Assembly (NCBI RefSeq): GCF_009914755.1
Contig: NC_060931.1
Source: the human T2T-CHM13v2.0 reference genome, Homo sapiens
DNA length: 64,000 nt
Reading direction: 5' to 3' (one strand)
Shown here: positions 44,291 to 57,115 of the stretch, in pieces
Numbering within the stretch: the first letter of the stretch is position 1
Layout of the letters: the number at the start of each line of letters is the position of its first letter
Notes under the pieces: generated by a model
Databases searched by the model: none
Told to the model about the DNA's origin: nothing
The model's input: only the letters and a program-made list of their open reading frames with translations
Position numbers and translations under genes: made by a program

Positions 44291-44584
44291 GGTTATGGGC
44301 CTCTAACCCCTAATGTGATGGTATTTAGAGGTGAGCCTTTAGGAGGTAATTAGGTTTAGATGAGGTTAATAAGAGGGTGGGTCCCTTATGATGGGATTAG
44401 TGCCCTTCTAAGGGGAAGACAGAGAGCACACAGCAGAAGTCCACTGCTGTCTGCAAGCCAGGAAGCAGGCCCTCACCAGGGCCTGTGCTAGCAACTTGAT
44501 CTTGGACTTCCCAGCCTCCAGAACTACTTGTTGTTTAAGCCACCCAGTCTATGTTATTTTATTATAGCATCCTGAGCCAAGACA
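44291..44584 (+). mobile_element. MLT1A-type LTR inserted in a MIR relic
   Basis: ctaacccctaatgtgatggtattt..gatgggattagtgccctt..ttgatcttggacttcccagcctccagaact..gaca; TSD ttact/ttgct. Confidence 0.88.
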
Positions 44585-44949
44585 TTGCTCAACTTTTTCC
44601 AGAACTTAATTAGTAGCCAGGCTCTTTAACAGAAAATATACACCAGTTCAAAAGTACCACACTGCTTTATGTTCCACATACCATATTGGTTAACCATAAT
44701 GCACTAGGCAATGGCATCCAAAGGTCATTGGCCTATCTTGAGATATCTTTATAGATTAGGAAATAAAAGTTTAAAAATAAGGGCTGAAAAACTGTGCTGT
44801 TGGTAGAGACTTAGATAATCAAATAGCCTTAACCAAAGTTTCTGATCAGTTCACCTGATAAGTCTCTTGACTTATTTTTCTGTCTACTAAACTATAAGGC
44901 ATTTGAGGGTAGGACCCATCTAATGTAATAACATATGCCAGTTATTTAA

Positions 44950-45190
44950 TATTTAGTGGCTGCAAAGTGTTGTTCTAAGTGATTTGCATGTATAAAGTCA
45001 TTTAATCCTGACAACTCCATTAGATTTTTAATTGAAAATTAGACTATCAATTAATTGTTACCATTATTATTCTTGTTTGATAGATGGAGAAACTGCAACA
45101 GAAATATTAAATAATGGCTAGAGGAACTAGTAAGAGACAGGGCTGGGGATGAATGAAAGTAGCCCGGCCCCAGAGCTCCATCTCAATCCT
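44950..45190 (-). mobile_element. MIR
   Basis: tgttctaagtgatttgcatg..tcatttaatcct..agatggagaaactg..ctagtaagagacagggctgggg. Confidence 0.75.
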
Positions 45191-46249
45191 CTGTCTCATT
45201 CACTGCTAAATCCCTAGTGCTCAGCCCAGAGCCCAAGAGTTGGCTTCACTAAGTGTGCATTGAATGCATACCTAATAGCCATTATTATTAGATGAATGCC
45301 AAAATCAGTCACATAACCTTACTATGCATTAAAACAAGAAAGTATTCAGGAAATGGGGCTGAAATCTTGTCATTTAGGAACAGAGGAGGGAACTGGTAGA
45401 GGAGTGAAGGTTCGCTGGGGGTGGACTGGCTGCAATGCAGAAGGAAATAGCATCACTGCATTTTGACGTTATTTCTTGTAAGACTGATCTACCAGTATGA
45501 CCACTAGCATTTTATGATTTTTAAGTGTCAGAATTTATTTTTGTAAAAATCAGAGAATCCATGTTCTTAAGGCATTTCAAATATGAAATGTATGAACTCT
45601 GTCAGACATCCCTCTGGCCTCCACTGGCTCCTGTGACTTTGGTACCCAGTTCCCACGGGCTTCTAAGCTACAGGCTCCAATGCAGCTGGTCCCATGGGAC
45701 GCCAGCCCCTTCCTGCCAAGCATAGCTCCATCAAAGGAGCCTTTAGAGCCACTGCCTCTGGGAAGCTCCTCTGCTCTCACTGGGGCTGGCGGCCCTAAGA
45801 CACAGCAGTTTTGATGTCTCGCCCTCACATGGAAGGTGGCTAACACTTGGCCCGATGCCCACTTGTCCCCATGACATATCCACCAGCCTCAGAGGAGCTA
45901 CCTGTCAGGCCCAAGCTCTTGTTTGTTTGCAGAGAAGGTGCAATTGGGGACAAGAAAAGGTGGGAGCTGTAGGAGTAGAAAGGTCTGGGACAGTGGATGG
46001 TAAGAGCAGTAGGCAGGGAAGGAAAAGGGGGAAGGATTTGAGAGACCAAATGAGATTAAATGAAGCCACCAACCTAAGTCAGATATAAGGAATTACAGTC
46101 ATAAAAGTATCATATGTGATAATTTAAAAAACCCACAATGTATAGGAATATACAGGAAACTTGCTACTAAAGGAAAGAACTTGAACTACACGTAAAAAAA
46201 AAATTGTCAACACCTCTTAGAAAAAAAAATAGATCACATTTCTTTATTT

Positions 46250-46445
46250 CAGAGGGCAGAAGAAATTGCAGAGAGAAAAATTTTAGATCAATGTAAGGAA
46301 AGTTGTCAAACAAATAATCCTATCTTAAATTTAATGGGCTGTCTATATGACAACACATTTTCCATCACTTGGGCATTTAAACAAAGCTTAGATAATTACT
46401 TCTCAGGGATGATATATATTGATAAAGACCTTCTAAATTCCTTAA
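46250..46445 (+). mobile_element. L3/CR1 3' fragment
   Basis: ttttagatcaatgtaaggaa..aatgggctgtct..ccatcacttgggcatttaaacaaagcttagataattacttctcagggatg. Confidence 0.7.
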
Positions 46446-49400
46446 ATCAAATGTCCAGTATTCTTCCCCTCAATTGCAATAACTGCAAAGACGACCTTTC
46501 TGCAATCCCTCATAGCAAGAGAATTTTAAGTAGAAGGACTAAAAACCTTTATAAGATAAATAATGTTAGAAGAACTAAGGGCATAAAAGGGAATCTTAAA
46601 ATATTTTAAATATCAGCAAAAACTGAGACAATAAAAACCCACAAACAAAGCAAATAAAGATGTTATCTTTAATTTTTATATAACTTAAATAGTAAGAATG
46701 GGTTCTGAGATGAAATTTTCAGACCATCCATTCCTCAGGATCTCCCTTTTTATTCATTGTCAAAGACATGCTTAAAATCAATTGTGCTCTGTTTGAGGAA
46801 AGCATTGCATTGTGAGAGGCATTTTCCCTCACCTTACCCTCTCCCATCTTTTCTTCCCTCCAAGAGGTCAATGCCTTTTGGATTTTATGAATCAGAGTTA
46901 TGAGCTTGGACTCCCAAGTCCAACTCTACCGCATGGCTGCAGGATGACGAAGACTTCAAATAACATGCTACTGTTGCCTTATTCAGCATATCTGCTCTAG
47001 CAGCAAATGAGTGTTTTCAAATCTCTAAACACAGGATATTCACCAGGAGATTCTAGAATGTGGCAGGATACTTGGACTTGGCTCCCCAGCCTGTTTTTGA
47101 GGACTCCTTCCTGACTTCTGCTCCTCTCACTATACAGGAAGGCCATTCTGAGACCCAAATTACTCACCTTCTGCCTTCCTTTTCCTCTCTGAAAACCACT
47201 GCAATAAACCTCTACTCCTAGTTTTCCATGTGCTCAATCCCCATTTTCTTCTCCCAAATCCCCAATCCTCCCCTTTCTATTATTTCCCATAGTGGACAGT
47301 TAATATTTGCTTATCCTTAGAACAAAATTCTCTTGATTGCTAAATAGGTATAGAAAAGTAAATTTGACTATGCTAGACTTTTGTTTCAGGGAAATTCATG
47401 GTCAGAAAGAAGTCATATACTATATGCACTTTCCCAAAGAGACACATTTCAATTACGTTCTTCATTTTGGTAAAAATGTAATGATCATTCACTACAAATT
47501 ATAATTAACTCTTTAGAACAGGAGAATTTCTTCTCTTTAAAAGAAAAGCTTTAATATGAACTTTTAAATAATAGCACACAGTTATTTCTATAAATTGATT
47601 AAGAATAAGTGACCAATAGAAAAAATACATACTCATGAGCTGGACCCAAGTTTAAAGGTTATATTTAATGAAGGTAAGGGGGCAAGAGAGGGACAAGATT
47701 TTTTGAGGAAAACAAATCTTTCCTTTCAGTTTCATGTTAAAAAATTACCATCAGAATTGTTTGTTATTATTACTTAATAAACTTTAAAAATGCATGTATA
47801 TGTTCATTATTACAAGGGCAGGGAGGGATATGTAAACACACAGGGGCAAAGAGAGAGACACATGGAGGACAGGGAGGTGTGCAGGACAGGATAGTGCCAT
47901 GCTCTGGGGTTAAAGAGAATAAAGGAGTGAGGAAGGAGGTTGAAAAAGAGGAAGAACTACATTTCTGAGAAAAGCAAGACAGCTGTGCCAATGAAAAAAA
48001 GAATAGCATGAGGGAACAAGAAGATCAACATCTTCTACTGGCCATAATGACATAAAAAACAAATGATTACCAGCTGTTATGAGTGATTCCTTCAGACAGG
48101 TTGACAAAGTGGTAGCTCATTCACCAATTTGGCATCATAAGGGTGTTTATATTTTTTAACTGGATTTGAATACTGTTAGATTCTGCATTTCTTCCCCAGT
48201 TTACCACTAGCCTAAGCACATCTTAGCATCTAAAATTTTAGGAGGAATTTAAAAAAGGGTATTGGATTTCTCCTAGAATAGAGGTCTCAGGTTCGAATCT
48301 TGATATTACAGGGCAGAGACCACAGCCCTAGTTACTCCTTCTCCAGGCTTCTGCTTGTGTCAATCAATCCCCAAATCACCACCCTCCCTGTAGTTTGCCA
48401 AGGCAGCTTGCCTCAAATTCTTGTTTTAGGAAATTTCAGTTTCTAAGGATCTTGCTCTCCTGAAGCAATCCCTATCTTTCTTTTCAACTCCTGTCTGCAG
48501 AGTCTCTGCCTCCTAGGAGCCCCACTGCTAGATAAACAAATGGTTAAAAACAAAAGTCTTAATGTCCTTTCCAATTTTGAGTGACCTGCCAAAATTCTCC
48601 CTTCTAGATCTTTTCCTCATCCTGTCTTGAGTCTAGCCTACTCAAAGGCCCACAAGTGCCCCATACTCCATGCTCATAAAGTCTGGAGTCTACACTCAAA
48701 ATCAGCATCACTATCTAGAACTTAATCCCAAGCTCTGCCCTCCCCCTATGGAAAGTACTGTGTTTCCCTGCCTCTGAATGGAGAGACTCCTCTGTTAAGT
48801 ATTTCCATCATTGTCTTAGCTCCAGAACTCTCCTCAGATGAGCAGAAAATTGATTTTATTAATTTTAATATAAGGGGTAAGAAGACTTCGTAGCGTTGCC
48901 TGCTCAGTTGAGTAGGCATGGCACAGGGAGTAAACAGTCTTGGAACACAACTCATCTCCTTGTTGTGTCAGCTCAGAAAATGAAAAGCCTAATTCCTTCT
49001 CTGAACCCCTCAGGCTGGGTATGTTTAGGAAGTAAAAAATATTTTTTAGAATCTAAAATCTCAAAATAGAGTAGTATGAAGCTTATAGTACATATTACAG
49101 AATCCCCCTCTCACCTCCAGGGGATCAAAAGCAGTATTCTAGAAGTGCACTAAGGTGCTATCACGAAACATATAAGATTCACACTAAGTTGAAGAAATAA
49201 AGTCTCTAAATAGTCTTCTATCAATTCAAGCCAGGTTTTGCCCTCAAATGAGTTCAGGTCAGGCCGGGAGAGCTTTACTGCCAAATAGGCAGGTAAAAAA
49301 ATCAATCAACCAACCAACCAAGCAAACAAATAAGAAACCTCTCAATTTTCAGGACATGTTGGATTTCAGAACTGTGGATAAGACATTGAGAACCAGCAGC

Positions 49401-51374
49401 ATAAAGAGGGTAATATACAGAGAGGCAGGAAAAGGTTCTTACAAAAAATAAGAGAAGCAAACAGAAACAAAGCTAGCAAAGTTGCCGGTTGCATGAAGAA
49501 TGAACGACTGAATGATCATCATCCACGTGAAAGAGGAAAGTGCAGTAAGGCAAGAAGGAGGGCATCACACATAGTGGGGCTGTTTCATCCACACACGGGC
49601 AGGTATTATGTCAGGCAGGAAGGACACGGATGCAGAGGCCCTGGAGACTGAAGAGCGGCCTAGGGCCCCAGAGTGCTGGAGGAGAGGGTGGGGGCGGTTG
49701 GCGGTGGGGAAATTTAAGCCCTGCGTCAAGGCCAGGCAACTGGAGCCAAGAGGAAGCTGGTCCAGAAACTCTCCCACCACTTCCACAACCAGGAAAAAGA
49801 AAAGGGACAATTTTAAAACTGTAATCTTAGTGACAGGAGAAATTTCAGTATCCCTATTTGATCTGTTAACTTAGACGCCCTTATATGCTAGTAAACATCT
49901 ATCTTTGCGTCTATAAAATCTATTTATCTCACTGTCAGGTTTTTCATAGTCATCTTTATTACTTTTATTCCGAATGCACACAGGAGGTATTTATTCTGGG
50001 TCAGAGACAGGTTTCTTATTACCTCACAGTAAATACTAACTGCATTGCCTGCCTTTTTCCCCAGTCTTTACCCCTGGAACCAGGCAATGAGAGCCAGGTC
50101 AATTGCCCTTCATGAGTAGCTGGATGCTCCATAGGTAAGGGATGAGGACAAATGATTTTTCTCTGCTTATAAAGGGAAAGACGTCTCAGGAAGCTAGGGC
50201 TTTTTACAAAAGCACCAGGAGACCCAGGGAAGTTTTCTTTTCCCACACTTAACATGGTTGTAGTGAGCATTAAATGAGAATTATGGAAGATATTAACGCA
50301 AAGTCTGGTGCATTTTATTCTATATGATATTCTAATTAATCTTGTAGTAAGGGTAAGTAGAAAAAATATTGTCTGTCTTGTATAACAGGTATTCCAGGAA
50401 AGTCAAGACAATGATGTAATATTCTTGGAGGCTATCTTGAAGACTTAAAAAGATAGTGCCCTGACCTAGATGTTACACTGTATTTCTCTAAGAAATTATG
50501 TACAAGTTAATGAGACACATTGGGCTAGAGGTGCCCTATCTCTGACTTAACATGTTGAAGCTGCCATAGTGCATTTCACTTGCTCCGTGAGGTTAAATCA
50601 CAAGGGTGCTCTTGGTGATCTGAATGTGGTTAATGCAACTGCAAATGTAAGAAATTGGGTCATTTCTATTAAGACCAATCTAAACATTACATCTAAATAG
50701 AGTTTGTTTTATTTTTGGTAATTAGATCTAAGGAAAACATGCAACTCTAAGATAAATATCTTTTAAGAAAAAAAAAGTTATAGAATGACAGAAAGACAAA
50801 GCACTTTTACATTACTGTTTCTGCTAATTAGTATATACTTATTATATAGCAGAATATTTAATTGAGTCTAATAGAAATGCTGGAAGTGCTAATTGCTTTG
50901 CCATTATATTGCTTTACATATTTCCAGTGGTTTCTGATGAAAATATAATACCATAAAGAAAAGCATATTTATTATTCATTTTATGAGTGGGTTATTAAAA
51001 ATAAAAATTTTCCTTGGGAACTTGGAGAAATGCAGCTATGTATAGAATGCAAGTTATAAAAGGATCTTCAAAAATGGATTGATGTTGGTTTACTGCTTCT
51101 CTTGTTCTTCCACTTTCCAAGCTGCAGGGGCGAAGAAAGCAGCAGTGCACCGAGTCAGGCCAGTGAGGTCGAGTGTGGCTCTGCTTCAGCCATCCTATGG
51201 CCTCAGGCCTCAGTTTCTCTAACACTAAGCCATATCACACACCTTTGGGCAGCATGATAGAAGATTATTCAGAGAAAAAATTATGAAGATATCTATCTTA
51301 TTAATCTTTGTAACCCCAGTTGATGGTGCAGAGTTGGTTTCCAGTATACATTTGCTTAGTAAATGAAAAAGGAA

Positions 51375-51434
51375 TAAAGGAAGGAAGGAAGGAAGGAAAG
51401 AAAGAGGGATAGAGGGAAGAAAGGAAGGAAGGAG
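51375..51434. repeat. (GGAA)n-type purine-rich microsatellite at an L2 tail
   Basis: ggaaggaaggaaggaaggaa..ggaaggaagg. Confidence 0.85.
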
Positions 51435-51476
51435 GCTGTATCTGTGTGACAAAGAGCCCTATGGGAATATAGGTAA

Positions 51477-51518
51477 CTTTAATGTTTGTCTGACTTCTTT
51501 AATGTTTGTCTGACTTCT
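51477..51518. repeat. Perfect 20-bp tandem duplication
   Basis: ctttaatgtttgtctgactt x2. Confidence 0.95.
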
Positions 51519-51529
51519 GTGTCTTTCAC

Positions 51530-51753
51530 GCTTGGGTCTATCTAAATCAATTGGCCCACCACCTGTTTTTGTAAATAAGGCTTTATTCAAACACAGCCAC
51601 ATCTATTCAGTTATGTACTGTATATGGCTGCTTTCATGCTATAACCAGAGCTCCAAGAGTTCAGTAGCTGTGAAAGAGATCGTACAGCCACCAAACTTAA
51701 AATATTTATTATCTAGCCCTCTACCAAAAAAAAAAATGTTTGCCAACTCCCTA
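51530..51753 (+). mobile_element. MER58A hAT-Charlie MITE
   Basis: ggcccaccacctgtttttgtaaataaggctttattcaaacacagccac..aaaatatttattatctagccct..tttgccaactccct. Confidence 0.9.
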
Positions 51754-52928
51754 TCTAAATATTCCACATAGATCTGGCCTGCCCTAAAGGATGCATTTAA
51801 GGAATGATTTATAATAACAGAAGACTTCACCACTAATTTGGATACAGAGCTTTGGCATAATGAAGGGCACTCCTCGAAAGGCAGCTGCATAGGGAGACTT
51901 TTGAAACTGCTACCAACCTTTAAAAACCCAGTCCCTGAAAATTCTGAAAATGTGAGCCTTTGAAAAGAGCCAGGGTATGTTGTGCAGAGCAGAAATGTCC
52001 TAACCATTGCTGTCGAACAGTTAATGCTAACTCACAACACATTTTTCCAAAAAGTTAATGTGATTATACATCTGTATTAACTCAGAAGAGGTGCAAATTT
52101 CCACCTATACTCCCAGCATAATTATAAAGAGTGCCCCTTTTCATGATGAAATGTCCTGATTTAGAGAATCCATTATATGGCCATGATTTGCATAACTGAT
52201 CCTAAATTTATTGTGTTTGCTTTTGTCAGACCAGACTCTTCTTTTTTTGTCAGTTTTAGAGTTTCTTGCTGAGTCTCAGGGTATTTGATTCATCTTTGTT
52301 GTTTTTAATCATGATTTTTGTTTTATATTCTGAAGCAGCCTTTGCTAAAAGACCACAGCTTTTGAATTTTGACTCTGTTTTTGGGAAAATTACCTCACAA
52401 AGATTTGTATCTGAATGTTCTCCATGTATGACTTTCTCCCAATGAAGATAAAAATAGAATTCTCTTGAAAATACAGTCTAACTTCTAGGCTGAAATATTT
52501 CTTCCTCATTTTTTATAAGAGCATTGACCTCTGTGGAATTAAAATCATTTAACTTCTCTTCCCTTATGGCTGTGTTTAAGAATCATCTCCAAGTATTCTT
52601 TGAAGCCATATCTGAGAATCAGTGATCATTAAGATGCTCAAAATGTCTCCCCTGAAAATGGAAGCTTGAGTCATAGGAGGACCAATCCACGCCCGATACA
52701 TCGCCTTTGCTAACCTTCATGGGAAAGTGGTTGAAACCTATTATCAGGTGTGTTAGTCAGCTCCACATAGACTATTAAAAAAAATTAATGACTGTGGATA
52801 GAGTTTAACCTGAAGTTAATTTTACAACTTATATAGGCTGACAGATTGTCTGTCAAAACTGTTTTAAGCATCCTAGTGGCCATGAAAACTTTCTCTTGTC
52901 CCTAGGAAATATTTTGGTCAGCATTGGT

Positions 52929-53133
52929 CTGTGCTGCCTAGTACCAAGAACCACTAGCCACTACTACTTAAATTTTAATTAATTAAAATTAAGGAAAATC
53001 AAACATTTAGTTCCTCAGTTGCACCAGCCACATTTTAAGTGCTCAGTGACCACACAAGGTTAGTGATTACAGTATTGAACAGTGCGGATATAGAACATCT
53101 CCGTACAGCATAAAGTTCTATTGTTCAGCACTG
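52929..53133 (+). mobile_element. MER3 hAT-Charlie MITE
   Basis: ccactagcca..aattaattaaaattaa..ttcctcagttgcaccagccacattttaagtgctca..aaagttctattgttcagcactg. Confidence 0.88.
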
Positions 53134-54713
53134 GATAGATGGATGGAGAGAGATGATTAGGCTAGGTCAGTTAACATATCTATAACAATACATTATCTTT
53201 CTTCTAATTAGCAAATGTTATGCTGTAAAGCAGAAGTATTAAACCGTTATTGTATTTGAATTCAATTTATTTATTAAGCAACTGTCATATGATAGGCCAC
53301 GTGTTGTTTGTTGTGAAGAATTAAAGAAAAATGTTGCCATTGAGGATACCCAACCTGAAGAACTGGCTGTGGACAAGCTATGTTTTGGTTGGTGGGATGA
53401 GTATGAACAGCCAAGCATAAAAAGAACAGCACAACCACGTGCAGAATATCAGAGAGTATAAACCATATCCAATCAGACACACTGCTGGGAGATACCTTAA
53501 AAAACAAAATATTTATTCATTCATGCTTCTGCAACAAGCCTGTGAGGAGCAAAGCGTCTCTCAGAGTCTCTCAGTTTCATAGGATGTGGTCAGTGTCTTA
53601 CCAATCAGTAGTGGTGTTACCAGCATGAGAGCAGGGCTCCCAGTTGGGTGCCATTTCTATTATATTGCAACTCTGTAACCTAGAAGTTTTAGACATAGAA
53701 TAAGGGAACGAACTGTAATTGGCAATAGAAAAACACTAGCTTTATAGAGTACATTTTCATTAAAGTGAGAAAGGTCCACTAAGGATACAACTTGAAGTTT
53801 CAATTTTCTTCTATTCTAAAATTTCCATTAAATCTAAACATTTAGGGAAAAATATTATTTCCAAAAGTGTTTATGATGTTTCTATAAGTAATGCAGTTAA
53901 GAAAATGAGGTACATTTATGGACTAGTACTGCATATGTTCCAAAATAAGAAATCAAAAGGCTTACACTGATTCGGGTCCTCACCTAGAAAAGGGGACATA
54001 TTTAGAGGCATCGTCATTTGGAGGCTGTTCTGCTCAGCCTATGGCTGCTTTGTCCTTCTGATCACAGAGGGCAGCCTAAGGTTTAGCATCACTGTGTACA
54101 TTTTTATAAGGTTCTGGATAGTGTCACCTTTTAAAGACTACTTAATCTGATAGAGAATGAAAGAAGAAAACAGATGTTGTAAATGCATATTTGTGGTAAT
54201 GTAATTTCTTTTGAAGGGCATTAGGCTATTTCTGTCTTAAAGGTTAAAGTAATTTTAAAGCATAAACATTTGAGTGTCAAGTACAAAAGCAGAATAAGAG
54301 TTCATTATCCAAATATCTAACAATGTACCACAAACCAAAATGACTTTCTTCACCATAAAAGACTCTTCAGTTGGCTTTCTGGTGAAGACTCTGTAGTAAC
54401 AGTTCTGTAGTTCTGGTTTATAGCTTCGGGGTCTCTTTTTTCGTGCTTTATCTTTTCCCTCCAGGCTGATATATTTCCACCCTCACATATAAAGCAGAAA
54501 ACAGTGGCCTTGAAATTGACTTCACAAAGAGACCATAGATCTCCACAAAGAGGAGAAAGAGAAAACTAAAGTCTTGGTCAATAGAGGAGAAAAAGGAGGT
54601 AATTAATATGCACTTGTAGAAATGCTAACATCATTCATGTTTGGAAACAAGGATTCTTCTAGCATGTATAATTGGGTCATGCTCTTGGATTGGCGTTAAA
54701 GCTCAGAAAAGAG

Positions 54714-54920
54714 GAGACCAGCTTGGGCAACCCTGTCTCTACTAAAAATACAAAAAATTAGCCAGGCGTGGCGGCATGCACCTGTAGTCCCAGCTACTTG
54801 GGAGGCTGAGGCAGGAAAATTGCTAGAACCCTAGAACCCGGGAGGCAGAGGTTTCAGTGAGCTGAGATCGCACCAGCCTGGGTGACAGAGCGAGACTCCA
54901 TCTCAAAAAAAAAAAAAAAA
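54714..54920 (+). mobile_element. 5'-truncated AluS with internal microdeletions and a duplication
   Basis: Begins at gagaccagc; right monomer and A16 tail present. Confidence 0.95.
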
Positions 54921-56299
54921 GAGCAGAAAACTAGTTTATCCATATGGGACGATTGTGAAGATCACCTGTGAACCTGTGATATATAATGACAATATTCATG
55001 TTGACAAGTGTATATAAATTTATGTAAAGTTGAGCTATTCTGATTGTGTAGATTGTAATAGTTTAGGAACATATGCTTACTCTAAAATAAGCCTGAGCAT
55101 TGCTGGGACAGAAATTGAACCCATTTTACTAAATCCAGCACTTGAGAGGCTTAACTCTTTATCCTTACAGGGCACCTTTATGAGGCAGGCACTAAGGAAT
55201 AAGAGTCACATATTCAGTTGATGTCTGAACACAATGACGTGAGTCCCTGCCGATAGGGGTTCTAGAGCCCCAGATTTTTGAAGACTGTGGTTATCTTTTC
55301 CATTAGCTCTCAGACTATCAATGATAAGGAAATCTCATTATCTTTTGAAGCAGTGCCTTGTCTTTAAGCTTATCCAAAGTCCTTAAGTGCTGCCTATTCC
55401 TGATTTATTCTCCAGGAGCATTTTTATTTTTAGCTTTGCTTCTTGCAACTAAAAAGTTTAGCTCATTCCCCAAGGAAATGTAACAGCCTTTTTCCTGGGA
55501 AGGAAACCTAGAAACATTTGTCCTGAGTGATATATCTCCTGTTTGGGGTTTGCACACAGATTCTACTGGACATTTCCAGGGCATTGTTTGACATTCAGAG
55601 GTAACATGTAAAATTGGGTATATGGTACCTCTGTCACACATTAAAGTGATGTGAGCCATGCTTGAGCTAAGAGACACAAGAGTTTTGATTTCTCCCATAG
55701 CAAGAAATTATATCCTGTAACATGTGCTTGGTAATTACAAATCTTTGCATGGGCATCAGTGCCATATGCATAATATACCCCGGTGGCACCATTTCAAGAT
55801 TGCAGAGTCACATTTTGTTGACGAATCATTTATAATCACCACTGCTACTGCAGCATTGTCTGTCACACTTTGCTCTGCATGGATGATTCTATAACGAATT
55901 TTAGCGTTGCTAAGTGATTTCTTTAAAACCACAAGTTAATGCTAGTGTATTTGAGATATTTCTTAAAGACTATGATAAAATGTCATCATGTATCTTGGAA
56001 AAGGAGTAGGATAAGAAAGAAAAAGGATGGTAACCAAATCTTCATTGATCGCTTACCATAACAGTAGAATAATCTTGTAACAGTAGTAAGGACACATGAA
56101 CATTTGTGTACTTTTTTACCAAGCCTGCTTACCTTTTTGAATTATGAAAAATATTATTAAGTGACAGAGCTTAGATATGTTCATTTCTGTATGCAACTTG
56201 CTCACATGAAAAGATGAATGCATTCATACTTTCTTTTATTTTTTAAATTGATCTTCACTTCAACTCTGCAAAGTGTGTATTATACTGAAAATAGAATAT

Positions 56300-56540
56300 C
56301 CAAGTGGTTAAGAGCATAGGCTCTCAGAGATTGAGTTTGACAGGCATAGGTTAAAATCCTGGTTCCATTAGTCTTTAGTTAAGTGACACCCACCCCACCC
56401 AAGGTCAATCAACTTTTGTTTACCTTGGTTTCTCCAACTGTAGAATGAGGACAATGACATAATCTCATCGAGTTGTTGTTGTGATTAAATAATTAATATA
56501 CATATCCACTAAATGATAATTATTCAATATTAGCCATTAT
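56300..56540 (+). mobile_element. MIR
   Basis: agtggttaagagcataggctct..ttggtttctccaactgtagaatgagga..gttgttgttgtgattaaat. Confidence 0.8.
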
Positions 56541-56544
56541 TTCC

Positions 56545-56650
56545 ATTATAGTCATTTTACAGATGAAATGATAGTTTTAGCGAGATAATGTAATTTGCCC
56601 CCAGATTTACATTGCTAGCGAGTGGTTGACCTGGGATTTGAATCCTCTTT
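56545..56650 (-). mobile_element. MIR fragment
   Basis: cattttacagatga..taatttgccc..gctagcgagtgg..ctgggatttgaatcc. Confidence 0.75.
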
Positions 56651-56770
56651 AGCCAATAAGAATAAGAATCCCATGATCGTCTATATTTTTAGAAAATTAT
56701 CTCTGACAGTCAGGAGCCTGTCACAATGATTCAAGTTGACAAACCATTAAGATAAAGAAAAGACAATCTA

Positions 56771-56873
56771 TTAGGTTGGTACAAAAGTAATTGCAGCTTT
56801 GCAATTAAAAGTAATTGCAGCTTTGCAATTAAAAGTAATGGCAAAAATCTCAATTACTTTTGCACCAAACTAA
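56771..56873. mobile_element. MADE1 (Hsmar1-derived MITE) with a 24-bp internal duplication
   Basis: TIRs ttaggttggtacaaaagtaattg ... caattacttttgcaccaaactaa; TA TSD at 56769-70 and 56874-75. Confidence 0.95.
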
Positions 56874-56875
56874 TA

Positions 56876-57115
56876 CTTTTAGAACCAGATAGACACCGGA
56901 TTCGCATCTTACTCCTACCACTTACTAGCTGTGTGACCCTGGGCAAATCATTTAACTTCTTGGATACTCAGCCTTCCCAACTTTATATTAGGAATACCAT
57001 CTACCTTTAAGTAAATATTGTTGGGAAGACTAAGTATGATTAAATATGATATTTGCAAATCTCTTAGCACAGTGTCTGATACATGGGAGGTATTCAATAA
57101 ATGACAGCTATAGTC
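56876..57115 (+). mobile_element. MIR (host of the MADE1)
   Basis: ccacttactagctgtgtgaccctgggcaaatcatttaac..cttagcacagtgtctgatacatgggaggtattcaataaatg. Confidence 0.85.

Noticed and set aside
51375-51434. GGAA microsatellite as an EWSR1-FLI1 response element
   Set aside because: Only about five consecutive GGAA units, shorter than arrays usually associated with strong activity.
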